Below are positions 18,441-27,814 of a stretch of DNA of 64,000 bases, one piece after another. The DNA comes from a virus, in the IMG/VR virus record IMGVR_UViG_3300045988_156148, positions 17,586-81,585 of that record, one strand, 5' to 3'. Made by a program: the position numbers and the translations under genes. Under the pieces are notes generated by a model. It ran no database searches and was not told the DNA's origin. It worked only from the letters and a program-made list of their open reading frames with translations. Each line of letters opens with the position of its first letter. Position 1 is the first letter of the stretch.

Positions 18441-18990
18441 TTTCTCGTGCTAAATCATTCCTTATCTGTAAAAGCTTATTTACAGCCTTCAATGCTTCGG
18501 TTGATAAAGCCAAAGGGTTTATTTTATCTAATCCCATAGAGTCCAAAATAGACAATTCTCTTTCTTTATATTTATTAGATTTTTTCGAGTTATCATTATC
18601 TCCAATGCCTAGTTCTTTCATTATTTTTTCAAGCATACTATCTGAAAGAACTTTTTCGCAAATTACAGGCTTGAAATCCTTTAAACTCTTTATAATTTCA
18701 TCAAAATTGACTTCTTCCCATTCTCCATTTTGATAAGCTTTGGCTTTTAATTTGGGCTTCTCATTTTTAAACTCATCTTCAAAAACGTCTTTCATTCGAA
18801 AATAATCACTAGGCGAATCATTGAACCAATGTAGGAAAGTTGAAAACTCATTTACTCCATTTTTAAATCTTATAATTTCATATTCCCCTTTAACACCGAC
18901 ACCTATAAGAAATCCAGCAATTCTTAATTGAGCTTCATTTGTGTAGCCGATTTCATAAACATGTTTTTTTACTTCTTCTAATGTTCTCAT
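18421..18990 (-). CDS. Hypothetical protein
   Basis: Packed co-directional ORF. Confidence 0.5.
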   Translation of the reverse strand: MRTLEEVKKHVYEIGYTNEAQLRIAGFLIGVGVKGEYEIIRFKNGVNEFSTFLHWFNDSPSDYFRMKDVFEDEFKNEKPKLKAKAYQNGEWEEVNFDEIIKSLKDFKPVICEKVLSDSMLEKIMKELGIGDNDNSKKSNKYKERELSILDSMGLDKINPLALSTEALKAVNKLLQIRNDLAREIDEAVG

Positions 18991-19001
18991 AATTATTTTT
19001 T

Positions 19002-19451
19002 TTAAATTTCTAATGCATCTGTTTGACCTTTGATATTTTTCAATTTGAAAGAAGCCATAATGTATGGAGATCCACCATACAATTTGTCATCTGACGGTTC
19101 AATAGCTTCAATTAAAATAAATGTAACTTTACGTTTTCTAATGTTGTCCCAATATTGTATTTTCCCTTTGCTTAGAAAATCAACGAATGAGTGATATGTC
19201 TTTCTTCTATCGTTTCCTATAAATATGCATGTAAAAGTCAAATCAGTATTTTTTCTAATAGGAGTAGAGTTCTGATATACTTGAAGTTCATCTGTCTCTG
19301 CAAATTCTTCGGTATATACAGATTTTATTTTTCCATAAGAATCAAGACCAGAAAATTCTTTGTAAATCAAACCGGGGAAATCTACTTCCAAATCTTTTTC
19401 CGGCTCACCGAGAATATCGACTCTACGCATATAGCATTTATAATCAGACAT
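19002..19451 (-). CDS. Hypothetical protein
   Basis: Packed co-directional ORF. Confidence 0.5.
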   Translation of the reverse strand: MSDYKCYMRRVDILGEPEKDLEVDFPGLIYKEFSGLDSYGKIKSVYTEEFAETDELQVYQNSTPIRKNTDLTFTCIFIGNDRRKTYHSFVDFLSKGKIQYWDNIRKRKVTFILIEAIEPSDDKLYGGSPYIMASFKLKNIKGQTDALEI

Positions 19452-19974
19452 TGGCTACCTCCTTTTCGTCTATATATCTTTTAATTATCACTTTATCTTT
19501 ATCTATATCACCTGTTATGAATGGTTCTCCTCCATAAACAAAAAGATATACCTTGCTGTTTTCGCCTACTTTAATATCCAAATAGGTATTTCCAGCAACG
19601 TATATCTCGCATATATGATTAGGTTTAATATCTAAGGTTGTTTTAGATTCTAAGATACAAAGCAATGTTGTGTCTACATAAAACTCATCTTTGTCATAAT
19701 TACAAAGCATTGTACTTGTATAGCAACCTCTTTTTTTATTCTCATACTCACATATATATTTACCATTTATGTAAGCTTTGAATTTGTCACTAATAAAAAC
19801 AGGACTAAGCCCCCATCCTTCGGAAAGAGACTTAGCCATGTACTTTATAGAGTTTACATCGCAAGCAAGTTCAAATAATTGCTTTTTGCTTTTATTATCA
19901 TCCCATAGATTTGTGTAATTGTCACACAAACCTTTTGCGATTGCATTATTTTTAAATTGCTTTAAATCTATCAT
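19444..19974 (-). CDS. Hypothetical protein
   Basis: Packed co-directional ORF. Confidence 0.5.
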   Translation of the reverse strand: MIDLKQFKNNAIAKGLCDNYTNLWDDNKSKKQLFELACDVNSIKYMAKSLSEGWGLSPVFISDKFKAYINGKYICEYENKKRGCYTSTMLCNYDKDEFYVDTTLLCILESKTTLDIKPNHICEIYVAGNTYLDIKVGENSKVYLFVYGGEPFITGDIDKDKVIIKRYIDEKEVANV

Positions 19975-20747
19975 TGTTCTATCAATGGAATATAACCATT
20001 ATCCTTTAAAAGATTATATAAGAAAATACGTCCTTTCTGTTTCCATTCAGTATTCATAACGGTATCTTTCATACCATTACTTCGGGTAATAGATACAGTT
20101 TTACTGTGTACATATCCTTCACCTAGATACTTGGCATAAAGAATCCATTGTCCGTTCACTTTATGTTGAATACCTAATTTCATCAGTATTTTGTTAAATG
20201 CCTTTGCGCTCATTCCATAATCTTGGGCAATTTGGGTTACGGTAACAGTCTCCTTGCTTTCAAGAATCAAATCAAGATAATCAGACTTCTTTTCAAGTTC
20301 AGACATCTTAACTGACATCTCTTCAATCTGCCTATTCTGATTATTAATAATATTTTGAGCTACAATTAAGGCATTAGCTACAATCTGTTCAGGAGTAAGT
20401 TGTTCCTGATTGGCAATATAACCACCATTTAGTCGAATACTTTTTAAAATAGATTTTACTTCTTTCTTAAATAGTTTTGCTTTAGGTTTTCTTGATTGCA
20501 TTAATACCTCATATACGCCATCTTCGGTCAACATCCACATTTCCTGCTCTCCTCCAAGGGTCGGAATAATACTCCGAACCTTTTCCTCATCATCTACATT
20601 CTGAACTAATTTATTAATGGATGATAAATCATATTCAATCCATTCAGCCACATCCTTTGCCAAAAATAATGGTTCTTCTACTGTTCCGTAAAGAATAAAC
20701 TCTTTCGTTAATACTTCCGCTTTTGTTAAAACTTTAACGCTGTTCAT
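19971..20747 (-). CDS. Bro-N / KilAC (ANT) antirepressor-like protein
   Basis: N-terminal Bro-N-like region (EEPLFLAKDVAEWI..MLTEDGVYEVLMQSRKPKAKLFKKEV). C-terminal KilAC-like region (VTQIAQDYGMSAKAFNKILMKLGI..NGQW). Confidence 0.75.
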   Translation of the reverse strand: MNSVKVLTKAEVLTKEFILYGTVEEPLFLAKDVAEWIEYDLSSINKLVQNVDDEEKVRSIIPTLGGEQEMWMLTEDGVYEVLMQSRKPKAKLFKKEVKSILKSIRLNGGYIANQEQLTPEQIVANALIVAQNIINNQNRQIEEMSVKMSELEKKSDYLDLILESKETVTVTQIAQDYGMSAKAFNKILMKLGIQHKVNGQWILYAKYLGEGYVHSKTVSITRSNGMKDTVMNTEWKQKGRIFLYNLLKDNGYIPLIEQ

Positions 20748-20864
20748 AGTTTTTTATTTTAAAATCAATAAATAATGTCGTTCAATATAAATAAAGGGAA
20801 GGCTGAACGACGTTAAGAAGACCTTATCATGCAGTAGCTCTCCTGCACTATCCCTTTATGTTTG

Positions 20865-20872
20865 CAAATATA
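20865..20872 (-). promoter_or_regulatory. -7 box TATATTTG (- strand) with a ~118-nt structured leader
   Basis: The forward strand reads caaatata. Leader hairpins are at 20777-20811 and 20794-20856. Confidence 0.45.
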
Positions 20873-20922
20873 TAACTTAGTTTCAACTATTCAAAATTTT
20901 TATGGCTTTTTCAACATCACGT

Positions 20923-21213
20923 TTATTTTTCATCTTCTAACAATTTAGAAATAAATAAATCTTTTGCCTTAATCATAACATCTGTCGGTATATCAAATCT
21001 AGTCATTTCTGACATATAATTCCATGCATCTGCGACCTTTGCTATAAGATCATCTTCCACTATAGCTAATGCTCCATACGCTTTGCCAATAGACACCGCT
21101 AAAGATACATATCCAGTTGTGTCCATTCGCTCATTTTTATTCAAATCTAAAGTATTATCCTCGATATACTTTTTAGCTTTTTCATTCATATTAATTCTTT
21201 TTAAAATGGACAA
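20923..21213 (-). CDS. Hypothetical protein
   Basis: Overlaps the primase-helicase stop by 13 nt and is co-directional with it. Confidence 0.5.
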   Translation of the reverse strand: MSILKRINMNEKAKKYIEDNTLDLNKNERMDTTGYVSLAVSIGKAYGALAIVEDDLIAKVADAWNYMSEMTRFDIPTDVMIKAKDLFISKLLEDEK

Positions 21214-23303
21214 TAATCTCTTTCCTTGAACACATTATCATCGTCATAATAATATTGTTGATAATCACTCATATAATCCCGTTCTGGTTCTCTATTCTGT
21301 ATAAGAGGAACAGGTTTGGGTTCTTCTTGCCAATTATAGTTTATATTTTCTGCAATATCATTTTTAAAGCGTCTTGTCTCAATCTCATAATACATTCCAC
21401 ATAACAAATCCACCTTCCCGAAACTGCGATTTTTACATACTTCCAATACATTGCCATATTGAAGCATTTCAGCTATCCTAACTGTTCCGAAGAAATCTTT
21501 TCCACGTGTCTCAAAATCCTTGTTTACACGATGAATAATAAAACAGTTATCCACTGCATTAGTTAAATCGGCTGAACCTGAAATAGATTCTTTTCTAAGG
21601 AAGTCAGTCTGTTTACGAGGGTGAGCTACAAGTATAATATGAACATTATATTTTTTAGCGAAATCACAAATAGCCAATATAAACTGGCTTTGTTTCTTAT
21701 TGTTGTCTCCTTCGTAATCCTCTAAGTTAAGAGTCATCAGATTATCAATTACGACTAAATTTACACCTTCAGATTCAATCAGATTTGTAATATCGCTCAT
21801 TAATTGCTTCCAACGTGTTCCATATTTGTTATTATAGAGGAATAACTTTCCATCCGTCCAACTATCTATACGGTCAGAAATATGTTTTGGAGCATAATAA
21901 AATTCATCATACCCTTGTACTTTCTGGACATAGTTTTTTCCAGCTGCAAGTTGGTTAATCCACCCTTTCAATCGAGAAGCCACTAATTCCCCAGACCATA
22001 TTGCTACTTTATATCCGTAGTTGATTATATTCAAAGATAAATTGTTCAACCAAGAAGATTTACCAGAGCTATTACTTCCTGATACCAATGTCACTTCTCC
22101 AAACAATAGACCTCCGATATTTTTATCTAAAACCCTATATCCAGTAGGCATACGTGGTATATTATTCATATCCACATATTGAATATCCTTCATCGCAAGC
22201 CATTTCTTCCCCTTATCTTCCGTTTCACCTATAGGAACAAATTCCTCTTTTTCACGATTATGGAAATAAGGTCTATGCGCTTTACTTTGATATTCAACAT
22301 AGTCTGATTTAGTATAGGCATTAGGGTCAAAATGTAAACGAAAATCTTTCCAAGTATATCCGCTGCAACTCGAATGCAAGCATTTGAATCCAAATCCTCC
22401 ACCTGCCATTTCAAAAATAGCTGAATCAGGCGCACGATGTGAACTATTAAATGGACACTCTTCTAATACATACTTAGTAAAAGATGTTGTTTTTACTATA
22501 TTTCTGACTTTTATTCCATACTTGGTTAAAAATTCCTGTAAATCAAATTGAGTCGGTTGATAGTTGTTAGCCCTGTTCGGTTGTTCCGGCTTAGGAAGCA
22601 TGGCGGCTACCTTTTCAAAAAACTCATTTGGGGTAGGTTTTATTTCGTCAGGTATTTTTAATATTTTGCTTTCACGTTGAGGTCGTTCAGGTGTATCACT
22701 CCCCTTCCTACTATAACAACCATATAATTTACATATTCGACTAGCATTAAAAGTACTTGTATCTACTTTTACTTTTTCTGTAGAAAAAAGCATATCTAAT
22801 ACTTGTAGAAAATCCTTCATAGTTTGAGTATTTTCAGGAGTATTAGCCATATTCATATTTATCAACAGATGAAAGCCATTGGCACTGTCACAAACAATTG
22901 GTTTAGTAAATCCTTCATCTCTTAAAAATTTGAATACATCATTTACTACAGCTTTGGCAGCTTCTTTCTCTTCATCAGTAGAATTGGTATCAGATGGCTT
23001 CTCGCAGTCTATATCTATCAAACACCAATCTCTACCAATAATTTCAGCATCTGATGTTGTAGATTTTGGTCTAGTCACTATTCTATCTCTCTGTTCACGT
23101 GAATAACATGAATCTAATATAGAATTAAGAGTGAAATAAATATTACAATCATCATAACGCCTGATAGCATTAAGAAGAGTATCAATATCCGTAAAATATC
23201 CTGAATATGTGCCTTTTTTATTATTGTCAACAATACGAATCTCAACAAGCTCATGGTTATGTTTGAATATATCGTACCATTTACGTATCATTGGTTCATT
23301 CAT
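21201..23303 (-). CDS. Primase-helicase (N-terminal primase-like domain, Zn motif, C-terminal DnaB/RecA-like ATPase)
   Basis: Walker A LVSGSNSSGKSS and Walker B NLVVIDNLM. Zinc motif CPFNSSH..CLHSSC. 700 aa. Confidence 0.8.
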   Translation of the reverse strand: MNEPMIRKWYDIFKHNHELVEIRIVDNNKKGTYSGYFTDIDTLLNAIRRYDDCNIYFTLNSILDSCYSREQRDRIVTRPKSTTSDAEIIGRDWCLIDIDCEKPSDTNSTDEEKEAAKAVVNDVFKFLRDEGFTKPIVCDSANGFHLLINMNMANTPENTQTMKDFLQVLDMLFSTEKVKVDTSTFNASRICKLYGCYSRKGSDTPERPQRESKILKIPDEIKPTPNEFFEKVAAMLPKPEQPNRANNYQPTQFDLQEFLTKYGIKVRNIVKTTSFTKYVLEECPFNSSHRAPDSAIFEMAGGGFGFKCLHSSCSGYTWKDFRLHFDPNAYTKSDYVEYQSKAHRPYFHNREKEEFVPIGETEDKGKKWLAMKDIQYVDMNNIPRMPTGYRVLDKNIGGLLFGEVTLVSGSNSSGKSSWLNNLSLNIINYGYKVAIWSGELVASRLKGWINQLAAGKNYVQKVQGYDEFYYAPKHISDRIDSWTDGKLFLYNNKYGTRWKQLMSDITNLIESEGVNLVVIDNLMTLNLEDYEGDNNKKQSQFILAICDFAKKYNVHIILVAHPRKQTDFLRKESISGSADLTNAVDNCFIIHRVNKDFETRGKDFFGTVRIAEMLQYGNVLEVCKNRSFGKVDLLCGMYYEIETRRFKNDIAENINYNWQEEPKPVPLIQNREPERDYMSDYQQYYYDDDNVFKERDYCPF

Positions 23304-23335
23304 ATATTCATTCGTTTTGAATTAATAATCAACAA

Positions 23336-24025
23336 TCATCTATATTTGCTCGTTTGAGCTTTAATGATTGGCTGTTCTTTCAAATATCTCATGTCTGGCA
23401 AGTTATTGAGCAGCGTAGAAAAATTTTTCAAAAAAACGTCATTTCTTACACATTCTTCTACATAAGATTTTATAGTAAACTCCAATTCCTCTTTTGACAT
23501 AGTGGTTAACAACCTTTTTATCTTCTCTTTGTCATTGGAGCTTTTACCAGTACTCATATTCCTTTTCGGGCATTTTGATGGATATAGAGAATACAGATAT
23601 TCGACATCTTCTGAAAAAGTTGTTTTTTTCTTGCTTTCTTTCTTAGATACGTTAGTATCTTCTTTATTATCTGTATTATTATTACTATTATTATTAGTGG
23701 CTGTTTCATTCCCACCCCCTATGCATGAAACATTCATACCGTGTGGCTGTTTCATGCATACCGTATATCTGCAAAACTTCACGTTATTAATAAATTCATC
23801 TCGCTTGATGATTAATCCTTTTTCTACTAATCGTTTAATTATTAACCTTACATTTTGTTTAGATATACCTAGCCAATCTGATATATATTGCAATGAACCT
23901 CTGAACTCACTTTCTTCATCTTGGGTAAATCCATATATCAAAGCATAGCAAATTAATTCATTACCGGAGAGTTTCAAATCATTTACCATCCAACCTTGGA
24001 TAGTGATAAAATTATTATTTTTCAT
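23336..24025 (-). CDS. HTH replication-associated DNA-binding protein
   Basis: The N-terminal winged-helix region (LSGNELICYALIYGF..ISDWLGISKQNVRLIIKRLVEKGLI) resembles DnaD/replisome-organiser-type phage proteins. Confidence 0.55.
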   Translation of the reverse strand: MKNNNFITIQGWMVNDLKLSGNELICYALIYGFTQDEESEFRGSLQYISDWLGISKQNVRLIIKRLVEKGLIIKRDEFINNVKFCRYTVCMKQPHGMNVSCIGGGNETATNNNSNNNTDNKEDTNVSKKESKKKTTFSEDVEYLYSLYPSKCPKRNMSTGKSSNDKEKIKRLLTTMSKEELEFTIKSYVEECVRNDVFLKNFSTLLNNLPDMRYLKEQPIIKAQTSKYR

Positions 24026-24026
24026 A

Positions 24027-24090
24027 AATTCTTGGTTTTTAAATTATACATAATTCTTGGTTAATAAAAAAGAGGGAAAGGTAACCAAGA
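24027..24090. promoter_or_regulatory. Repeated AACCAAGAATT boxes (two direct, one inverted) at the start codon of the HTH gene
   Basis: The forward strand has aattcttggtt at 24027-24037 and 24052-24062, and aaccaaga at 24083-24090. Confidence 0.35.
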
Positions 24091-24134
24091 CAACCCTTAT
24101 CGGAATGGTAGCTAGCCAAACCTATCCCACTTTG

Positions 24135-24142
24135 CAAATATA
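24135..24142 (-). promoter_or_regulatory. -7 box TATATTTG (- strand)
   Basis: The forward strand reads caaatata, 110 nt upstream of ATG 24025. Confidence 0.45.
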
Positions 24143-24180
24143 CAATTAATCTCCTATATTACATCGGATAACAACAAAAA

Positions 24181-25281
24181 TTAATCCCTACAAGGAGACA
24201 CATATCCTCCTTCGGTTGTATATTCAGTATTTCCTATCTCAAATAGCGCATTCTGTCCGCTTGGACGAAGGACTACCTTGTCAGAAGATATAGAGTTTAA
24301 CACCAACAGTAATTTTTGCAAGATAAACGTCTGCTTAAATTCTTTTCCTCCTACAACTTCAACTCTTTCCTCTAATTTTTTATTTAACTCCATATTCTCC
24401 GACACAAATGTGATTCCAGTTTCATCGAAGTTAATAGTCATTGTTCCCATTTTGGTATTATCTTGTACATATATTGCTCTTGATACAATGGAATGAAATA
24501 TTTTTTTGTCTATTTCCACTTCAAACAATGGCTGATATTTGAGCAACATATAAAAGTCCAATGGTTTGAAATCATATTTGCGGATAAGCAACATTGAATT
24601 TTCCCCTATCACAATGATATTCTTTTCTCCATTTTTTATAGTGACCTTTTGTTCGTTTACTAACGCCTTACGCAGAGCCGCAAAAGCCGACATGTCTATA
24701 GATACTTTCAGTTCTCCCTCGTAGTTAATATATGCGCTATCATGGTACATTTTATCAAAATTAAAAGCAAAGGCATCAACCTTATTGTCTTTTATAAACA
24801 AATGAAGATGCTGGTTATTAGGCTGAAATTCATCATATTCCAATAATGGCATACCTTTTTGAATCCAATAGCCAAGCAAATTAGCATCCAATGTAAATGT
24901 ATCGCAATTAACCTCCTGTGCCAATGTAGGATATACCCTTACATCATGCAAAGGAAAATTCATCGTACTGTTTGGTGTGGAGACAATAGCATTCAGTTTC
25001 TCATTATCTACATCTATATCAAAGTAATCCTCCATCAGAAGAGAAACATAGTTCTCAATATCGTCCTTGTCTATGCAAAACTCGATATTCTTATAAGACT
25101 CTTCCAACTTGAAATGGGTCTTTATCGCATTCTTGTCATTGTAAGATAACAACCAACACGTATTATCGACTATTTGAACTTTAACAGATTGCAAAATTGG
25201 CAATGGAGTTCTTTTGGAAGAGAAACTACCACCTGTCTTTATTGCGTTTAAAAAATCCTTCTTATTAAACTTAATCCTCAT
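24181..25281 (-). CDS. DNA polymerase sliding clamp (beta / DnaN-like)
   Basis: 366 aa. The N-terminus MRIKFNKKDFLNAIKTGGSFSSKRTPLPILQSVKVQI parallels DnaN N-termini, and the length is typical. Confidence 0.6.
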   Translation of the reverse strand: MRIKFNKKDFLNAIKTGGSFSSKRTPLPILQSVKVQIVDNTCWLLSYNDKNAIKTHFKLEESYKNIEFCIDKDDIENYVSLLMEDYFDIDVDNEKLNAIVSTPNSTMNFPLHDVRVYPTLAQEVNCDTFTLDANLLGYWIQKGMPLLEYDEFQPNNQHLHLFIKDNKVDAFAFNFDKMYHDSAYINYEGELKVSIDMSAFAALRKALVNEQKVTIKNGEKNIIVIGENSMLLIRKYDFKPLDFYMLLKYQPLFEVEIDKKIFHSIVSRAIYVQDNTKMGTMTINFDETGITFVSENMELNKKLEERVEVVGGKEFKQTFILQKLLLVLNSISSDKVVLRPSGQNALFEIGNTEYTTEGGYVSPCRD

Positions 25282-25489
25282 CGTTTAGCAATAATAAATT
25301 ATTATAATATTCATCTCTTTTTTTTATTCTAAAATCCACCATAGTATTCAGGCATTTTATGACTTCGGGACATTCTTGACGACGAAGTTGTAAAAAGTTC
25401 TTCAAATCCTTCAATGCACAAACGGCTTGATCTGTCTGATCCACTATTTTTTCAGCCGTTCTAATTTTATCATATAATTCTGCTTTCAT
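25271..25489 (-). CDS. Hypothetical protein
   Basis: Packed co-directional ORF. Confidence 0.5.
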   Translation of the reverse strand: MKAELYDKIRTAEKIVDQTDQAVCALKDLKNFLQLRRQECPEVIKCLNTMVDFRIKKRDEYYNNLLLLNDED

Positions 25490-25683
25490 TTGTTCGCTTT
25501 TACATAATTATCACAAAAAGTTCCATTATATGCAGGTTCTAAAAAACCGTAATAAAGATAATCCTCCCCATTTAATGAGTCAAAGATATAGTAATCAAGA
25601 TATTCTTGATATTTTTTACAAGTATCTCTGATTTTACAATTCATACCATCGCACATAATACTACACTGGTCCTCCCTCATCAT
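25486..25683 (-). CDS. Small Cys-rich protein
   Basis: 65 aa with several Cys residues (CSIMCDGMNCKIRDTC). Confidence 0.5.
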   Translation of the reverse strand: MMREDQCSIMCDGMNCKIRDTCKKYQEYLDYYIFDSLNGEDYLYYGFLEPAYNGTFCDNYVKANK

Positions 25684-25840
25684 TGTAAATTGCTATTAAT
25701 TCATTCATCCTTTCTACCAAGAAGCTTGCTGCCTCTCCTACCTGCTGTGATATTGAGATATAAGGCTTTAGCTGGTTCTCATACATTTCGTCCATTTTAT
25801 TAATGGTTTCTTCCAACTTCTTTAAATTTTCCGGTTTCAT
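25661..25840 (-). CDS. Hypothetical protein (59 aa)
   Basis: MKPENLKKLEETINKMDEMYENQ.. fills the gap between 25683 and 25842. It falls just below the ORF-track cutoff. Confidence 0.45.
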   Translation of the reverse strand: MKPENLKKLEETINKMDEMYENQLKPYISISQQVGEAASFLVERMNELIAIYNDEGGPV

Positions 25841-25841
25841 A

Positions 25842-26177
25842 TCATTCCATTTTTACAAAATAAACACCATCAATCAACACATAAGGTATAAGACCTTTCT
25901 TTATTCGCTGTCTAACCGTTTCCTTAGCAAGATTGTTCATCTCTGCATAATGACGGATGGTTACTAAGTTATCATACACTTGATTGTCTTCAATACAATC
26001 AAGTATCTCCTTTAGTTTTTTATCAATACATGGATAGGAGTCAGGATAATAAAAGACTTTCATATTTACCCCTACATTTACATGAGAACTAATATTATCA
26101 GCTTTGTTCATTGTAATAGGGTCGCTAACAGAAAGTATGATTGAATCTTTGACTACTAAATCTTTAAATTTACTCAT
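25842..26177 (-). CDS. Hypothetical protein with C-terminal HTH-like segment
   Basis: NNLAKETVRQRIKKGLIPYVLIDGVYFV resembles excisionase/MerR-type HTH. Confidence 0.5.
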   Translation of the reverse strand: MSKFKDLVVKDSIILSVSDPITMNKADNISSHVNVGVNMKVFYYPDSYPCIDKKLKEILDCIEDNQVYDNLVTIRHYAEMNNLAKETVRQRIKKGLIPYVLIDGVYFVKME

Positions 26178-26758
26178 TAATCTATTAGTTTAAATTCATA
26201 TACAAATACATAAGGATTGGATTGAAAAACTCCTTTGCCGGAAACTTTGTCTATCAAAACTTCAAAAGCATCACGAGGAGTATTATATAGTCCGATATGT
26301 TTTTTATCGGAAGCACCGACGAAAGAATAGGCAATACCGCCATTTCCATTTGCAGAATCAAGCCTATAAATTCCTTCTTTTAGGCAATCTTCATCTGATA
26401 TATCCTGTAAGCGTTCAATCTTGATGTCTGTAATGCGGATGTGGTGAATCATATAACCTGCCGCGACAAAAAGCTTATTTTGCCATCCTTTATGGTTTTT
26501 AAGCCACGAAACAAGCATATCCATAGTTTCAAGCCCTTTCTCATTATAAACGCTTTCATAACTTTGCGCAATGGCAACGACTTCACCAACCTTGTATTTA
26601 GGCTTTATTTCATACCCATGTATGCTTTCATAACCACTCTTACAAAAGATGCTGTTGCGTATTTGGTCTTCCGAAATACGTCTCGTCATAGTCTTTCGAC
26701 CATACAATACGGCTTGAGTTAAACCGTATTTATCATTGAACATTATTTTCTTACTCAT
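26177..26758 (-). CDS. ASCH/PUA-like domain protein
   Basis: The N-terminus MFNDKYGLTQAVLYGRKTMTRRI is reminiscent of ASCH-domain proteins. Weak call. Confidence 0.4.
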   Translation of the reverse strand: MSKKIMFNDKYGLTQAVLYGRKTMTRRISEDQIRNSIFCKSGYESIHGYEIKPKYKVGEVVAIAQSYESVYNEKGLETMDMLVSWLKNHKGWQNKLFVAAGYMIHHIRITDIKIERLQDISDEDCLKEGIYRLDSANGNGGIAYSFVGASDKKHIGLYNTPRDAFEVLIDKVSGKGVFQSNPYVFVYEFKLID

Positions 26759-26912
26759 ATCACATTTATTTTAGTTTCCAATAAAAACCTCCGGCAGACT
26801 TAGACCGTCCTTTAAGGCAGTTTGTTATTGATGTTATAAGTATGCCATTTTCTTTTGCTGCGATTGCCTAATCTTTTTCAAGACATCAACATTAAACGGT
26901 ACACGAATACTA

Positions 26913-27152
26913 TTATCTACTTTCATCGTCCTGTCCTCCCTCTTTTTTAGGTTCAACGTTCATAGTATTTCCCTTTTGCTGACTTTTCCATTGAATTATA
27001 GTCACGATAGCAGCACCTAAAATACTGTTTACGAACTGGGTTCTCTGATTATCATCTTCAAGAGGAAGAGTTGGAAGGTCAAGTATAATCTCCGAAACAC
27101 CATCCAAATCAGAACCGGACACACCATTATCTTTCAATTCCGGTAAATTCAA
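26913..27152 (-). CDS. Hypothetical protein; TTG start, or 5'-truncated by a frame break
   Basis: The ORF track starts at TTG. A 26-codon ATG ORF (27207..27127) lies upstream in another frame, with a T5 run at the junction. Confidence 0.45.
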   Translation of the reverse strand: MNLPELKDNGVSGSDLDGVSEIILDLPTLPLEDDNQRTQFVNSILGAAIVTIIQWKSQQKGNTMNVEPKKEGGQDDESR

Positions 27153-27234
27153 AAATGCTTCTCAAATTAGAAGCATCAACATAACAACTTACTTTAATAC
27201 GTTCCATATTTTTTGGTTTTAAATTAATGTTCTG

Positions 27235-27242
27235 CAAATATA
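27235..27242 (-). promoter_or_regulatory. -7 box TATATTTG (- strand)
   Basis: The forward strand reads caaatata, 28 nt upstream of ATG 27207. Confidence 0.45.
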
Positions 27243-27246
27243 AGTT

Positions 27247-27263
27247 GGCGATTGCCAATCGCC
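27247..27263. promoter_or_regulatory. Palindromic operator-like site GGCGATTG-C-CAATCGCC
   Basis: Perfect 8+8 bp palindrome located between the -7 box and the expected -33 region of the 27235 promoter. Confidence 0.4.
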
Positions 27264-27299
27264 AAATGTAATTAAGGCTTTAACACTACATTAACGTTT

Positions 27300-27480
27300 A
27301 GCATATATAAAAAACAAGGGACAGCTTCACTAAGCCATCCCCGTCCCCATGTTCAACTGAAAGAAAAAAGTAATCAAACACCTTTAAATGAATAAAAAAT
27401 TAGAGATAATATATAGGGGTAATATCACTATCACCCCTACATTTTTTGTCAAACACTTATAAGTAAATTCTACTGTACCA
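27300..27480 (-). ncRNA. Candidate small RNA with its own promoter and terminator
   Basis: -7 box TATATTTG at 27487-27494 (- strand). No ORF longer than 6 codons. Internal hairpin AGGGGT/ACCCCT at 27414-27439. Terminator GGGAC..GTCCC plus TTGTTTTTT at 27307-27348. Confidence 0.3.
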
Positions 27481-27510
27481 GTACTGCAAATATAGAGAAC
27501 ATTTTCAATA

Positions 27511-27813
27511 CTACAAAGAAATTCCTTGTTTTTTTTGCCCCATCTCTGTCAAATGGTTAAACCAACGAACAGCAAGGTCGGCAGACCTATACGTTTTACC
27601 CATGTACAGCGAATCGCCAAACCCGTTGCTACTGGGATAACTCACACAATCAAACATCTTGTTCTCAACACGACGGAAAACTTCATAAACAACATTACCG
27701 CCACAATCGTCAACGCTTCTGTACATATAAGCATAAGGAGACTTGTTCACCAAAGTAAAAGTAAAACCCTTAGTCTCACCACGACCCTTTATTACATTAT
27801 CCAATTCTTTCAT
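27511..27813 (-). CDS. Hypothetical protein
   Basis: Packed co-directional ORF. The antisense ORF 27526..27831 is judged spurious. Confidence 0.5.
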   Translation of the reverse strand: MKELDNVIKGRGETKGFTFTLVNKSPYAYMYRSVDDCGGNVVYEVFRRVENKMFDCVSYPSSNGFGDSLYMGKTYRSADLAVRWFNHLTEMGQKKQGISL

Positions 27814-27814
27814 C

